NCBI GenBank assembly: GCA_963666055.2
Contig: CAXWPH010000015.1
Span: forward strand, 2,165,120-2,229,119
Length of the DNA stretch: 64,000 nucleotides
Source: Acidobacteriota bacterium
GTDB taxonomy: Bacteria > Acidobacteriota > UBA890 > WLXD01
Direction of reading: 5' to 3'
In this document: in pieces, positions 1-9,491 of the stretch
Position numbering within the stretch: the stretch's first letter is position 1
How the letters are laid out: each line of letters opens with the position of its first letter
Made by a program: the position numbers and the translations under genes
The notes under the pieces: model-generated
The model's input: only the letters and a program-made list of their open reading frames with translations
Database searches by the model: none
Told to the model about the DNA's origin: nothing

Positions 1-1233
1 CAGTTAATGCTCGCATCGTCTCGGATGGCGCCGGATGCGGACCTAATCGGGGCCATGGCCGCCGCTGAGGTGGAGCTATGGTCCGAGGACGGGCTCGATC
101 TCCCCCTGGAGGATGGCGCGTTCGTCGCCGAGGCCGAATCGTCGAGCACGTTCGATCCATCGAGCGCTCTCGCGGCCCTCTTTTTTACCGCCGGCTCCAC
201 CGGAGTGCCGAAGGGTGTCATGGTCACGCATCGCAACATCGCCACCAACACGCGGGACATCGTCGAGTACATGGGGCTCGCGCCTACCGACCGCGCGATG
301 TTGGTGCTGCCACTGCACTATTGCTACGGCCTGTCGGTGCTGCATGCACATCTGTCGGCGGGCGCATCGGTGGTGATCAACAACGCCTTCATGTTCCCGG
401 AGAAGGTACTCGACGATATGGAGGCCAAGGCGTGTACGGGGATCGCCGGTGTGCCGTCGACCTATCAGATCCTGCTGCGCCGAAGCCATTTCAAGGAGCG
501 CGACTTCCCGGCGCTCCGCTGGTTCCAGCAAGCAGGCGGAAGGCTGCCGGAACCATTCATACGCGAAATGCAGGAGGCCTTTCCCGAGGTACACTTGTAT
601 GTGATGTACGGTCAGACGGAGGCCACCGCGAGGCTTTCTTATCTTCCGCCGGAGCGGCTTGACGACAAGCTCGGCTCCATCGGCCGCGGCTTGCCGTCGA
701 CCGCCTTGGAGGTGCTGAAAGAGGATGGTTCGCCGGTGCGCCCCGGCTCTGCGGAAATCGGCGAGATCGTCGCCATGGGCGACAACATCAGCCCTGGGTA
801 TTGGAACGATGTCGCCGGGACGCGGAAGTACTTCGGCGAGGGCAGGCTGCGAACGGGCGACCTGGCGCGCGTCGACGCGGAAGGATTCATCTTTATCGTC
901 GACCGCGCCCGTGACTTCATCAAGTCGATGGGGATCCGCGTCAGCCCGAAAGAGATCGAGGAGGTCATCGCGGCGCTGCCAGGGGTGGTCGAAGTGGCCG
1001 TCATCGGTGTTCCCGATGAGATCTGGGGCGAAGCGATCAAGGCGGTTGTGGTGCCCGTACGCGAAGGGGAGCTCAGCGGTCGATCGATCGTGCGTCACTG
1101 CAACGACCATCTGCCCAACCACATGATCCCGACGACCGTCGAGCTCACCGATCACCTTCCAAAGAACGCCGCCGGTAAGGTCTTGAAGGCGCACCTGCGA
1201 GAAGCGGCAAGTGATTGCGGATCTGGAGCATGA
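1..1233 (+). CDS. AMP-dependent acyl-CoA synthetase/ligase (5' partial)
   Basis: Adenylate-forming motifs FTAGSTGVPKG, YGQTE, RTGDL, PKNAAGK; frame is open to the window edge. Confidence 0.9.
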   Translation, partial: QLMLASSRMAPDADLIGAMAAAEVELWSEDGLDLPLEDGAFVAEAESSSTFDPSSALAALFFTAGSTGVPKGVMVTHRNIATNTRDIVEYMGLAPTDRAMLVLPLHYCYGLSVLHAHLSAGASVVINNAFMFPEKVLDDMEAKACTGIAGVPSTYQILLRRSHFKERDFPALRWFQQAGGRLPEPFIREMQEAFPEVHLYVMYGQTEATARLSYLPPERLDDKLGSIGRGLPSTALEVLKEDGSPVRPGSAEIGEIVAMGDNISPGYWNDVAGTRKYFGEGRLRTGDLARVDAEGFIFIVDRARDFIKSMGIRVSPKEIEEVIAALPGVVEVAVIGVPDEIWGEAIKAVVVPVREGELSGRSIVRHCNDHLPNHMIPTTVELTDHLPKNAAGKVLKAHLREAASDCGSGA

Positions 1234-2443
1234 GTACCGCGGGGCTGTCCGATGCGCGCCGCACCGAGGTCGACACAGCGATCACCGAGTTGATCGCCGG
1301 GGATCAGTTCTCGTCGAAGCAGGCCGACAAGGATCACGACCTTCTGGCGATCCTACGGCCCCTGTGCGAGCAGATGGCAGAAGCCTGCCCACCGTATGCG
1401 CGCTTCCTCGCTCGCCTTGGAGGGAGCCCAGCGGTCTGGACGCGGGTCGCCGATGTGCCGCCCTTGCCGGTTACCATGTTCAAGCGCTTCGCACTTTCGG
1501 CCGTCGCGCCGGAACGGGTGGTTCGAGAGTTGCACTCGTCGTCGACCACCGGCCAGTCGCCCAGCCGTATCTTCATCGACAAGACCACCGCCTTCCGACA
1601 GTCGAGGGCGCTGGTATCGATTCTCAAGGACGCGTTGGGCGGCAAGCGCCGACCGTATCTCGTGGTCGACGCTGAGGAGGCTGCCGCCGCTGGCGATGTG
1701 CTGACAGCTCGCGGCGCGGCGATCCGCGGAATCGGTAGCTTCGCGAACTCCACCACCTACGCGTTGCGATCGCGAGACCACGGTGACCTCATGCCTGATT
1801 GGGACGCAATCGAGGCATTTTTCGAACGACACGGCGACGAGCCGATACTCATCTTCGGGTTCACGTTCATCGTTTGGTCCCGGTTCGTCCGCGCGGCGGA
1901 GGCGCGCGGCGCGCGCTTCGATGCTCCCGAAGCATCGTTTGGTCCCGGTTCGTCCGCGCGGCGGAGGCGCGCGGCGCGCGCTTCGATGCTCCCGAAGCCG
2001 TGCTACTGCACTCTGGGGGCTGGAAGAAGCTCGAGGCCGACGCGGTATCGAAGGCTGTCTTCAACGAGCGCGTCAGCGACGTGTTGGGAATGGATTCCGG
2101 CGCGGTGCTTGATTTCTACGGCATGGTTGAGCAGGTAGGCACGGTCTTCGTTGACTGCGTGGCTGGTAACAAGCACGCTCCGGCCTTCGCGGACGTCGTG
2201 ATCCGCAGGCCTCATACGCTCGAGCCGGTGGCGCCGGGGGAGACCGGGATCATCGAGGTGGTGAGCGTGCTGCCGACGAGCTATCCGGGCCATGCGCTCC
2301 TCACTGAGGATCAGGGAACGCTGGTCGGCGTAGACGACTGCCCGTGCGGGCGGTCCGGACAGTACTTTCGCTTCACCAGCCGTGTCGAGCGCGTTGAGGT
2401 GCGTGGTTGTGGCGACACCTTCGCAGTCAAGCAACTCAAATGA
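1230..2443 (+). pseudogene. LuxE-family acyl-protein synthetase, frameshifted by a 65-bp tandem duplication (possibly an assembly artefact)
   Basis: N-half HSSSTTGQSPSRI and IFGFTF; C-half HSGGWKKL, DFYGMVEQ, SYPGHALLTED, RGCGDT. ATGA overlaps at both ends. Removing 65 bp gives a single 383-codon frame. Confidence 0.85.
1868..1997. repeat. Perfect 65-bp tandem duplication
   Basis: 1868-1932 is identical to 1933-1997 (catcgtttggtcccgg...gctcccgaag). Confidence 0.95.
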
Positions 2444-3708
2444 GCGGTATCTACTTCCGTCCCGACAAGCCCCCCTTATCGTTCACCGATCTGGGGGCGA
2501 TCACCGCTGCTCTGCAACAGCGGCGTGCCTCGATGGCAGCGATGCCCACCGCGTCGTTGCTTGATCTCCTGGCCGCTTTCGGCTCGCGCCTGCTTGAGGA
2601 CCCTCATACGCGCGGGCTCGAGGGCGTGACGTTTCTGTCCGCTTGGCTCAAGCGTTCAAATCTCGAGAAGATGCTGGCGCTGAACCTCGGTGGTCATGTA
2701 GCGGCGCTCGATGGCTTCGTCGACGTGCACGATCGGCAGCTGGCGGTGAAGCCACACGGCCTGGTGTCGATGTGGATGGCAGGCAATGTGCCCACGCTGC
2801 CGGTCTTCGCGCTGGTACCGGCGTTGTTGGCCAGGAACGTCTGTCTCGTGAAGCTAGCCGACCCTCAGCCCGGCGGCATCGACGCGATGATCGACGTGCT
2901 GGCCGGGTGCTCGGTGGGTGGCCTCTCGGGCGCCGATCTGTGCGCTTGCTTTGCCGTGGTCTGGTACAGCTCCAGCGAAAGCGACTTGGGTACGGCGATG
3001 TCGCTGGCGGCCGACGCCAAGGTGACCTGGGGCGGACAGGCGGCTATCGAGGCGATACGTAGATTGCCGCAGAAGCCGCATTGCGTGAATGTCGAGTTCG
3101 GTCCGAAATACTCGATCGGCCTGATCGGTAGTGCCCTTCTCGAACAGCCCGCGGCGCTCGACCGGGTGGTTGCCGCATTCGTGCGAGATATTGCCATCTT
3201 CGATCAACGTGCCTGTTCTTCGCCACAGACGATCTTCGTCGAAGCAACGAACGGTGCCCTGGCCGATGTCGGCGCGCGCTTCGCGGCGGCTCTTGAGCGC
3301 CTGCCACCGAAGCCGGCCCTCGATGCGTACACAACCGTACAGATCGCCAATACTCGAGCCGAGTGGGCGCTGGATGAGCAGCGCGACGTCATCGCCTCGC
3401 GCGATGGCGCCAACTGGACCGTGTGCATGGACGCCGACGTGTCGTTCAAGGAAGCTATCCAGTCGCGCACGGTGTTTCTCACGGCGGTGGATTCGTGGCG
3501 TTTGGTGGTACCGCTGATCGATGCCCGGGTGCAGACGGTCGGCATAGCCTTCGGCGACGACGGCGAGGCACGCGACTTCGCCGAGGCCGCGACCCTCGCG
3601 GGAGCCGCCCGGTGCGTGCGTCCGGGGTTGATGAACGTGCAGGAGTCTCCCTGGGACGGGAAGCTGCTGATCAACGAGCTGGTGCGCTGGGTGACGTTGA
3701 AGGTATAG
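2440..3708 (+). CDS. LuxC-family acyl-CoA reductase
   Basis: AGNVP, WGG, EFGPKYS, DQRACSSPQ (catalytic Cys), PWDG...ELVRWV; ATGA overlap with the luxE-like gene. Confidence 0.88.
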   Translation: MSGIYFRPDKPPLSFTDLGAITAALQQRRASMAAMPTASLLDLLAAFGSRLLEDPHTRGLEGVTFLSAWLKRSNLEKMLALNLGGHVAALDGFVDVHDRQLAVKPHGLVSMWMAGNVPTLPVFALVPALLARNVCLVKLADPQPGGIDAMIDVLAGCSVGGLSGADLCACFAVVWYSSSESDLGTAMSLAADAKVTWGGQAAIEAIRRLPQKPHCVNVEFGPKYSIGLIGSALLEQPAALDRVVAAFVRDIAIFDQRACSSPQTIFVEATNGALADVGARFAAALERLPPKPALDAYTTVQIANTRAEWALDEQRDVIASRDGANWTVCMDADVSFKEAIQSRTVFLTAVDSWRLVVPLIDARVQTVGIAFGDDGEARDFAEAATLAGAARCVRPGLMNVQESPWDGKLLINELVRWVTLKV

Positions 3709-3766
3709 CAGGCTGTAGTGAACAGGTGGAGTCTGTCTGCGGCGCTGGACAGGGGGGAGAGTTGGA

Positions 3767-4630
3767 ATGATTGCCGGCTTCGGGTTGAGAGCGGCACCGG
3801 GTCCCGATGTGGCGCTCGGTACCGGGTGCACCTTCGACGACTCGGTTCGCTGGGGCAGCGGGGTGACGCTTGGTAACAACGTTCACGTGGGCCCCGGGGT
3901 CGTTCTGTACGATCGTGTCGCCATCGGGGACAACGTATGGGTGGGCCCGGATTGCAGTCTCGGCGAGCCGACCTACGGGTTCTTTCGTGACCGCGCCAGC
4001 TACGTTGCCGGTCGGACGCGCGTCGGCAGTGGCTCGATTCTCCGCCGTGGCACCATCATCAACGCCGGCACCGAGGTCGGGGAGAACTTCCAGACTGGTC
4101 CGTACGTCGCCATGCGCGAAGACACCCGCGTCGGAAACAACTGCTCGATCGGTAACAACTGCGACATCCAGCCGAACGTCGAGATCGGCGACTATGTACG
4201 GTTGCGATCCTATGTGACGGTCGGCTCCGGCACACGCATCGGCCCATTCGTCTGGGTTCATCCGTTCGTGGTTTTCACCAATGACCGAGCGTTCCCGGTG
4301 TTCGCGGTGGAAGAGGCGCCGCAGGTGGCGCCGTTCTGCGCCATCGCAGTGCACGCTACGATTCTCCCGGGGACTCGACTCGGCGTGCATGCCATCGTCG
4401 GGGCGAACTCCAAGGTGGGAGGCGAGGTGCCAGCGTACGCTTTCATGGACGGATCGCCAGCCGAGAATCGCATTGATTGCCGCCGCATCATGCATAAGGT
4501 CGGCGATCAGGTGCACCAGCCCTACCCATGGATTCGTTGCGTTGACCGCGACTATCCGTGGGCCCAAATATCGCCCGACGAACGACGGGTTGAGGACTGG
4601 GTACCAGAGGAATGGAGCGACTTTCTTTGA
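3767..4630 (+). CDS. Hexapeptide-repeat (left-handed beta-helix) sugar N-acyl/acetyltransferase
   Basis: Repeated [VIL]G-x-N/S hexads, VVFTND and ATILPG motifs of WbpD/WxcM-like enzymes. Confidence 0.8.
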   Translation: MIAGFGLRAAPGPDVALGTGCTFDDSVRWGSGVTLGNNVHVGPGVVLYDRVAIGDNVWVGPDCSLGEPTYGFFRDRASYVAGRTRVGSGSILRRGTIINAGTEVGENFQTGPYVAMREDTRVGNNCSIGNNCDIQPNVEIGDYVRLRSYVTVGSGTRIGPFVWVHPFVVFTNDRAFPVFAVEEAPQVAPFCAIAVHATILPGTRLGVHAIVGANSKVGGEVPAYAFMDGSPAENRIDCRRIMHKVGDQVHQPYPWIRCVDRDYPWAQISPDERRVEDWVPEEWSDFL

Positions 4631-5370
4631 AGGTGCTCGGTTTTTCACCGGTCTTCAACCAGCTACACGACCTCCCCCTACTGCTGGAGGAGCTGAGCGT
4701 AACGGGGCCGGCTTGCGACGAGTTCTTGCTGGTCAACAACGGCTCCAACGACGGCTCGGAGCACATTATTCGCTCGTCAGGCTGGCCCTGCATCGAAGTG
4801 GAGCGCAATCGAGGCGTCGGCTGGGCGATCATCGCCGCGACCGAATGGGCTCGGGAGCACGGCTACGACGTGCTCGTGGGTCTGGCCTCGAACAGGAAGA
4901 TGCTACCAGCGGAAATGGAGCGTGTCGTAGGGCCGATTCGCCGCGGCGAGGCCGATTATGTCACCGGCAGTCGCTATCTGGAGGGGGGTATGTCGCCCAA
5001 CCTGTCGGCCTTTCGCCGTTTGGCCATCCCGATCGTCAATCTGGCCGTGCACCTGGCCACCGGCTCACGCATCACCGATGCGACCTGCGGCTATCGTGCT
5101 TTTCGTGTCGATATCTTCGACCGTGCCCGGTTCGATTGGCGTGCCGAGTGGCTGTGGACCTACGCGTTCGAGCCCTATCTCTATGGCAAGGTGCTGATTG
5201 CTGGAGCTGCGGTCCGCTGGCTCGAGGTTCCCATCACGATGCGCTATCCGAGCCGTGGTCACGGCTACACGAAGATCCGTCCCGGCCTCGACTGGTGGCG
5301 CATGGTCTACCCCTTCTTCTGGGCGCGGATAGAGCGCGGGCGGTTTGTGGAGTCCGGCACGACAGTCTGA
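4612..5370 (+). CDS. Glycosyltransferase family 2 (DPM1-like)
   Basis: VNNGSNDGS, NRGVG, DYVTGSRY, TDATCGYRAF, EVPI. Confidence 0.85.
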   Translation: MERLSLKVLGFSPVFNQLHDLPLLLEELSVTGPACDEFLLVNNGSNDGSEHIIRSSGWPCIEVERNRGVGWAIIAATEWAREHGYDVLVGLASNRKMLPAEMERVVGPIRRGEADYVTGSRYLEGGMSPNLSAFRRLAIPIVNLAVHLATGSRITDATCGYRAFRVDIFDRARFDWRAEWLWTYAFEPYLYGKVLIAGAAVRWLEVPITMRYPSRGHGYTKIRPGLDWWRMVYPFFWARIERGRFVESGTTV

Positions 5371-5398
5371 GCGCCGCGTGCCGACAACCACCCAGCGC

Positions 5399-5404
5399 TA
5401 TAAT
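5399..5404 (+). promoter_or_regulatory. Putative sigma70 -10 box
   Basis: Exact TATAAT in the intergenic gap before the yacL-like gene. Confidence 0.45.
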
Positions 5405-5472
5405 CCAGCCTTCATCCTTCATACCCCCCCTTTCATACGCGGGCGCCCACGGGTGCCCGGAGGTCATACGCA

Positions 5473-6495
5473 ATGAGCATCATCCGTGTGCTCTTTATCC
5501 TGGCCTGCGCGGCGATCGGGTTTCTCGGAATCCCGGGTGGTGTGGGCGGCCTGGCCGTCGGGCTACTGTTCGCAGTCGTGGTCGTCCTGCTGGAGGTCAA
5601 GCTCCACAGGCTTCACCCGAACGTCCTCATGGGCGGCGTCGTGGGCACGTTCATGGGGCTGGTGCTGGCGATGGCGCTCGGAGTCGTCGGCAGGCAGCTT
5701 GACCTGAGCACCACTGCCGAGGCCGTGATCCAGGGAGTCGCCGTCCTGACCCTGGCCTACTTGGGCATGGTCATCGGGTCGCTCAAGGGTCAATCTGGCG
5801 AATGGTGGATCCCCTGGAGGCCGTTCCTCGAGGATCAGCGCGTTGGCGTCACCGACAAGATCCTAGACACGTCGGTGATCATCGATGGTCGGATTGCCGA
5901 GATCGCCGCCGCCGGGTTCGTCGATGGCACCTTGCTCGTACCGCAGTTCGTGCTCAACGAGCTACAGCAGGTCGCTGATTCCAGTGATGCACTCAAGCGT
6001 GCGCGAGGCCGCCGCGGTCTCGATATCCTCCGAGATCTGCAGCGCAGCGCCGATCTCGACGTTCAGATCGATGCGACCGACTTTCCGGGTATTGCCGAGG
6101 TCGACTCAAAGCTCATCGAGCTGGCGATCCAGCGTGGCGGTGTGGTGCTCACGAACGACTTCAATCTCGCCAAGGTGGCACAGGTGCGTGGTGTTCGGGT
6201 GCTCAACGTCAACGACCTTGCCAACGCGGTCAAACCGGCGTTCCTTCCGGGTGAGCCGATGTCGGTGTTCGTCGTCAAGGAGGGTAAGGAGGCGGGGCAG
6301 GGCGTCGGCTACCTCGACGACGGAACTATGGTGGTCGTCGACGGCGGCAGCGCGCATCGCGGGTCGACAGTCGATCTGGTTGTTACGTCGGTTCTGCAAA
6401 CGAGCGCCGGGAAGATGATCTTCGGCCGGAGGACGGAGAGCTCGCGGCGGAGCGCGCCGGAGCTGGCGGAGCCTGTCTCGATCTCCAATCCGTAG
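5473..6495 (+). CDS. yacL: Membrane-anchored PIN/TRAM domain protein (YacL family)
   Basis: N-terminal TM helices, KILDTSVIIDGRI, RGRRGLDIL, TNDFNL, QGVGYLDDGTMVVV, QTSAGKMIF. Confidence 0.9.
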   Translation: MSIIRVLFILACAAIGFLGIPGGVGGLAVGLLFAVVVVLLEVKLHRLHPNVLMGGVVGTFMGLVLAMALGVVGRQLDLSTTAEAVIQGVAVLTLAYLGMVIGSLKGQSGEWWIPWRPFLEDQRVGVTDKILDTSVIIDGRIAEIAAAGFVDGTLLVPQFVLNELQQVADSSDALKRARGRRGLDILRDLQRSADLDVQIDATDFPGIAEVDSKLIELAIQRGGVVLTNDFNLAKVAQVRGVRVLNVNDLANAVKPAFLPGEPMSVFVVKEGKEAGQGVGYLDDGTMVVVDGGSAHRGSTVDLVVTSVLQTSAGKMIFGRRTESSRRSAPELAEPVSISNP

Positions 6496-6507
6496 CGGTG
6501 CGGCGTG

Positions 6508-7176
6508 ATGTCCGATGCGCTCACTAGGCCGTCCGATGCCAACCTGGTACGTGCTGCCGGGCGCGGCGACACAGATGCGTTCCGGCAACTGTACGAGCGC
6601 AAACATCGTCGCGTGCGGCGTATTGCCTACCAGATGTTGGGCGATCGCGGTGCTGCGGAGGATGTCGCCCAGGAGGCATTTCTGGCGCTTTGGCGACACT
6701 GCCCACGTTATCGCCCCAGGTTTTCGGTGGATGCTTGGCTCGCACGAATCGTCACTAACAAGGCGATCGATCGCTGGCGCAACGAGCGACGTCACCCGGC
6801 GCCGCTGGGCGAGCGGCCGCCGGTGGCAGGGGCTGCACGCGGACCCGCAGCGCATTCGCTGACCCTCGGGGTGACGACTGAGACTGCGGCCCAGCGCCTG
6901 CCGGCGGACGATTCGGCCGACCCGAGCCTGGCGATGCGCTGGGAGGAAGTACAGCGCATCTGGAACGAGCTCGCCGCCGAGCTTCCGGAACGACAGCGGG
7001 CTGCGTTCGTTCTGCGGGAGATCGAAGACCTTCCGGCGCGTGATGTTGCGCGCGCGTTGGGCTGCAGCACCTCGACGGTGCGCACCCACGTGGCGCTGGC
7101 GAGGCGAGAGCTGCGCCGCGGAATTCGCCAACGCTACCCCGAGTATGCGACCGTTCCTACAGAAAGTCTCGACTAG
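6508..7176 (+). CDS. ECF RNA polymerase sigma-70 factor
   Basis: DAFRQLY, AEDVAQEAFL, WL.RI..N..ID (region 2); LPERQRAAFVLR...TVRTH (region 4). Confidence 0.9.
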   Translation: MSDALTRPSDANLVRAAGRGDTDAFRQLYERKHRRVRRIAYQMLGDRGAAEDVAQEAFLALWRHCPRYRPRFSVDAWLARIVTNKAIDRWRNERRHPAPLGERPPVAGAARGPAAHSLTLGVTTETAAQRLPADDSADPSLAMRWEEVQRIWNELAAELPERQRAAFVLREIEDLPARDVARALGCSTSTVRTHVALARRELRRGIRQRYPEYATVPTESLD

Positions 7177-7327
7177 CGCGGCGGCCAACGCGTCTGTTTC
7201 GGGTATCATCTGTTAGAGGCCACTAGCGTTGGGGGGCGCTGACGGCGCACGACGCGCGTAACACCGGTCGAAGCAGGACGACACTGGCCGGTAAGGCGCC
7301 GCGCTCGTGACGCTCTTCGGGGGAGCG

Positions 7328-8347
7328 GTGATACGAGTCGCGGTGGTGGGCGCCGGTCACTGGGGTCCAAACGTCATCAACAATCTCTACACGCATACCG
7401 ACGCATGGGTTTCGTGGGTGGCCGACACCAACCCCGATCGCCTCGCCACGGTAGCAAGCCGCTTCCCCGGGGTGCAGACGACGAGCGATGCGCTCGCCGC
7501 GATCCGCGCCGACGACGTCGATGCGGTTATCGTGGCTACTCCTACCAGCACCCACCACGAGTTTGCCACCGTTGCTCTTGAAGCCGGCAAGCATGTGCTG
7601 GTGGAAAAACCGCTCGCCGACAGCACCGAGCATGCCGAATTGCTCTGTGAGCTAGCGCAGCGCACCGATCTGGTGCTCATGGTAGGTCACATCTTCGTCT
7701 ACAACGCTGCGGCTCGCCGGGCGAAGGAGTACATCGGCGAAGGGGAGCTCGGACGCGTCTATTACATCTCCATGGAACGTACGAACCTGGGACCGATCCG
7801 GGCCGATGTCAACGCTGCCTGGGATTTGGCCGCCCATGACGTGTCGCTCGCTAACTACTGGCTCAACAGCAACCCGGTGACCGCCTCGGCAGTGGGCGGG
7901 GCATGGATCAATCCGGGAATCGAGGACGCGGTCTTTGCGACCCTGCGGTATCCCGCCGATGTCCTCGTCCACCTGCATGCTTCGTGGCTGAACCCGCGCA
8001 AGTCACGTGCCATCACCGTTGTGGGCGAGCGTCGCATGCTAACTTTTGATGACGGAAACCTGTCGGAGCCGCTACGCATCTACGACAAGAAAGTACGCAA
8101 CGAGCGCATCGACGTACCGTTCGTGGATACCTTCGCCAGCTTCCGGATGAGCGTTCGCGAGGGCGACATCGTGATCCCACGGGTACAGATGACCGAACCG
8201 CTCAAGGTCGAAGTGAATCATTTTCTGGAGTGCGTCCGGCAGGGGAATCGCCCGCTGTCTGCCGGGGCGGAAGGGCTTGCCGTAGTGCGTACCCTGGAAG
8301 CTATCGGTCGGTCGCTCGCCGGCCGCGGCGCGGAGATGCAGGTGTGA
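7328..8347 (+). CDS. Gfo/Idh/MocA oxidoreductase (NDP-sugar 3-dehydrogenase-like)
   Basis: GAGHWG, HVLVEKP, WDLAAHD, SWLNPRK. Confidence 0.88.
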   Translation: MIRVAVVGAGHWGPNVINNLYTHTDAWVSWVADTNPDRLATVASRFPGVQTTSDALAAIRADDVDAVIVATPTSTHHEFATVALEAGKHVLVEKPLADSTEHAELLCELAQRTDLVLMVGHIFVYNAAARRAKEYIGEGELGRVYYISMERTNLGPIRADVNAAWDLAAHDVSLANYWLNSNPVTASAVGGAWINPGIEDAVFATLRYPADVLVHLHASWLNPRKSRAITVVGERRMLTFDDGNLSEPLRIYDKKVRNERIDVPFVDTFASFRMSVREGDIVIPRVQMTEPLKVEVNHFLECVRQGNRPLSAGAEGLAVVRTLEAIGRSLAGRGAEMQV

Positions 8348-8348
8348 C

Positions 8349-9479
8349 ATGAGGGTCCCGCTCGTTGACCTGAAGCTGCAGCACGCCTTGATCGCCGATG
8401 AAGTTTCTGCGGGGCTGAGTCAGGTGATGGCCGACACCGCCTTCATCCTCGGACCCCAGGTCGGGGAGTTTGAGGCCGAGTTCGCCCGATTTCAGGAGGC
8501 GCCCCACTGTGTGGGGGTCGGCAGTGGCACGGACGCGCTGGAGATGGCCCTGCGCGCCCTCGGCGTGGGCGCGGGTGACGAGGTGATCCTGCCGGCAAAT
8601 ACGTTCATCGCCACCGCGCTCGCGGTTACCCGATCCGGCGCAATCCCGTTGCTGGTGGACTGTGACCCCGAGCATCATCTGATCGACGTCGAGAGAGCAG
8701 AGGAAGCCGTGGGGTCGCGAACACGCGCGATCATCCCGGTCCACCTGTACGGTCAGCTTGCGCCAATGGAACAGCTGCTAGAGTTCGCTGCCCGCCACGA
8801 TCTCGTCGTGGTCGAGGACGCCGCGCAGGCGCATGGCGCCCGACGCCACGGGCAAACGGCAGGTAGCTTCGGGCAGGCAGCGGGGTTCAGCTTCTATCCG
8901 GGCAAGAACCTCGGGGCGTCCGGCGACGCGGGCGCAGTGATCACCCACGACGCCGATGTGTACGACGCCGTCCGGAGACTGCGGAACTGGGGGAGCGATC
9001 GCAAGTATCATCACCCCGCGATGGGGTTCAACTCCCGCCTCGACACCCTACAGTCAGTCGTGTTGCTGGCCAAGCTCCGGCACCTGGCGGCGGGGAATCA
9101 ACATCGTCGCGAGGCCGCAGAGCTCTACGACGAGCTCCTCGTCGACATGCCCACGGTGTCGCGACCGAGCGTCCTCGACGGCAACGAGCCTGTCTGGCAT
9201 CTGTACGTCGTGCGGGTGGCCGAACGGGACCGGGTGCTGCAGTACCTCAACGAGAGGGGGATCGGTGCCGGGATTCACTATCCGATTCCAATCCATCTAC
9301 AGGGTGCCTATGCCGACCTAGGGAACGGGCCGGGGTCGTTCCCCGTCGCCGAGCAGGCCGCCAACGAGGTCCTGTCGTTGCCGATGTTCGCAGGAATCAC
9401 CGAGGCGCAGCAGCGACACACGATCGAGATCCTCGAACAGGCGCTGGCCGGCATGAGTCGCCGGGTCGCGGCAGGCTGA
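8349..9479 (+). CDS. DegT/DnrJ/EryC1/StrS PLP-dependent NDP-sugar aminotransferase
   Basis: SGTDAL, PVHLYGQ, EDAAQAHGA, SFYPGKNLGA, GFNSRLD. Confidence 0.93.
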   Translation: MRVPLVDLKLQHALIADEVSAGLSQVMADTAFILGPQVGEFEAEFARFQEAPHCVGVGSGTDALEMALRALGVGAGDEVILPANTFIATALAVTRSGAIPLLVDCDPEHHLIDVERAEEAVGSRTRAIIPVHLYGQLAPMEQLLEFAARHDLVVVEDAAQAHGARRHGQTAGSFGQAAGFSFYPGKNLGASGDAGAVITHDADVYDAVRRLRNWGSDRKYHHPAMGFNSRLDTLQSVVLLAKLRHLAAGNQHRREAAELYDELLVDMPTVSRPSVLDGNEPVWHLYVVRVAERDRVLQYLNERGIGAGIHYPIPIHLQGAYADLGNGPGSFPVAEQAANEVLSLPMFAGITEAQQRHTIEILEQALAGMSRRVAAG

Positions 9480-9491
9480 CCGCGCGGGATA

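Noticed and set aside
1230-3708. Bioluminescence operon
   Set aside because: No luxA, luxB or luxD in the window; the context is glycan tailoring
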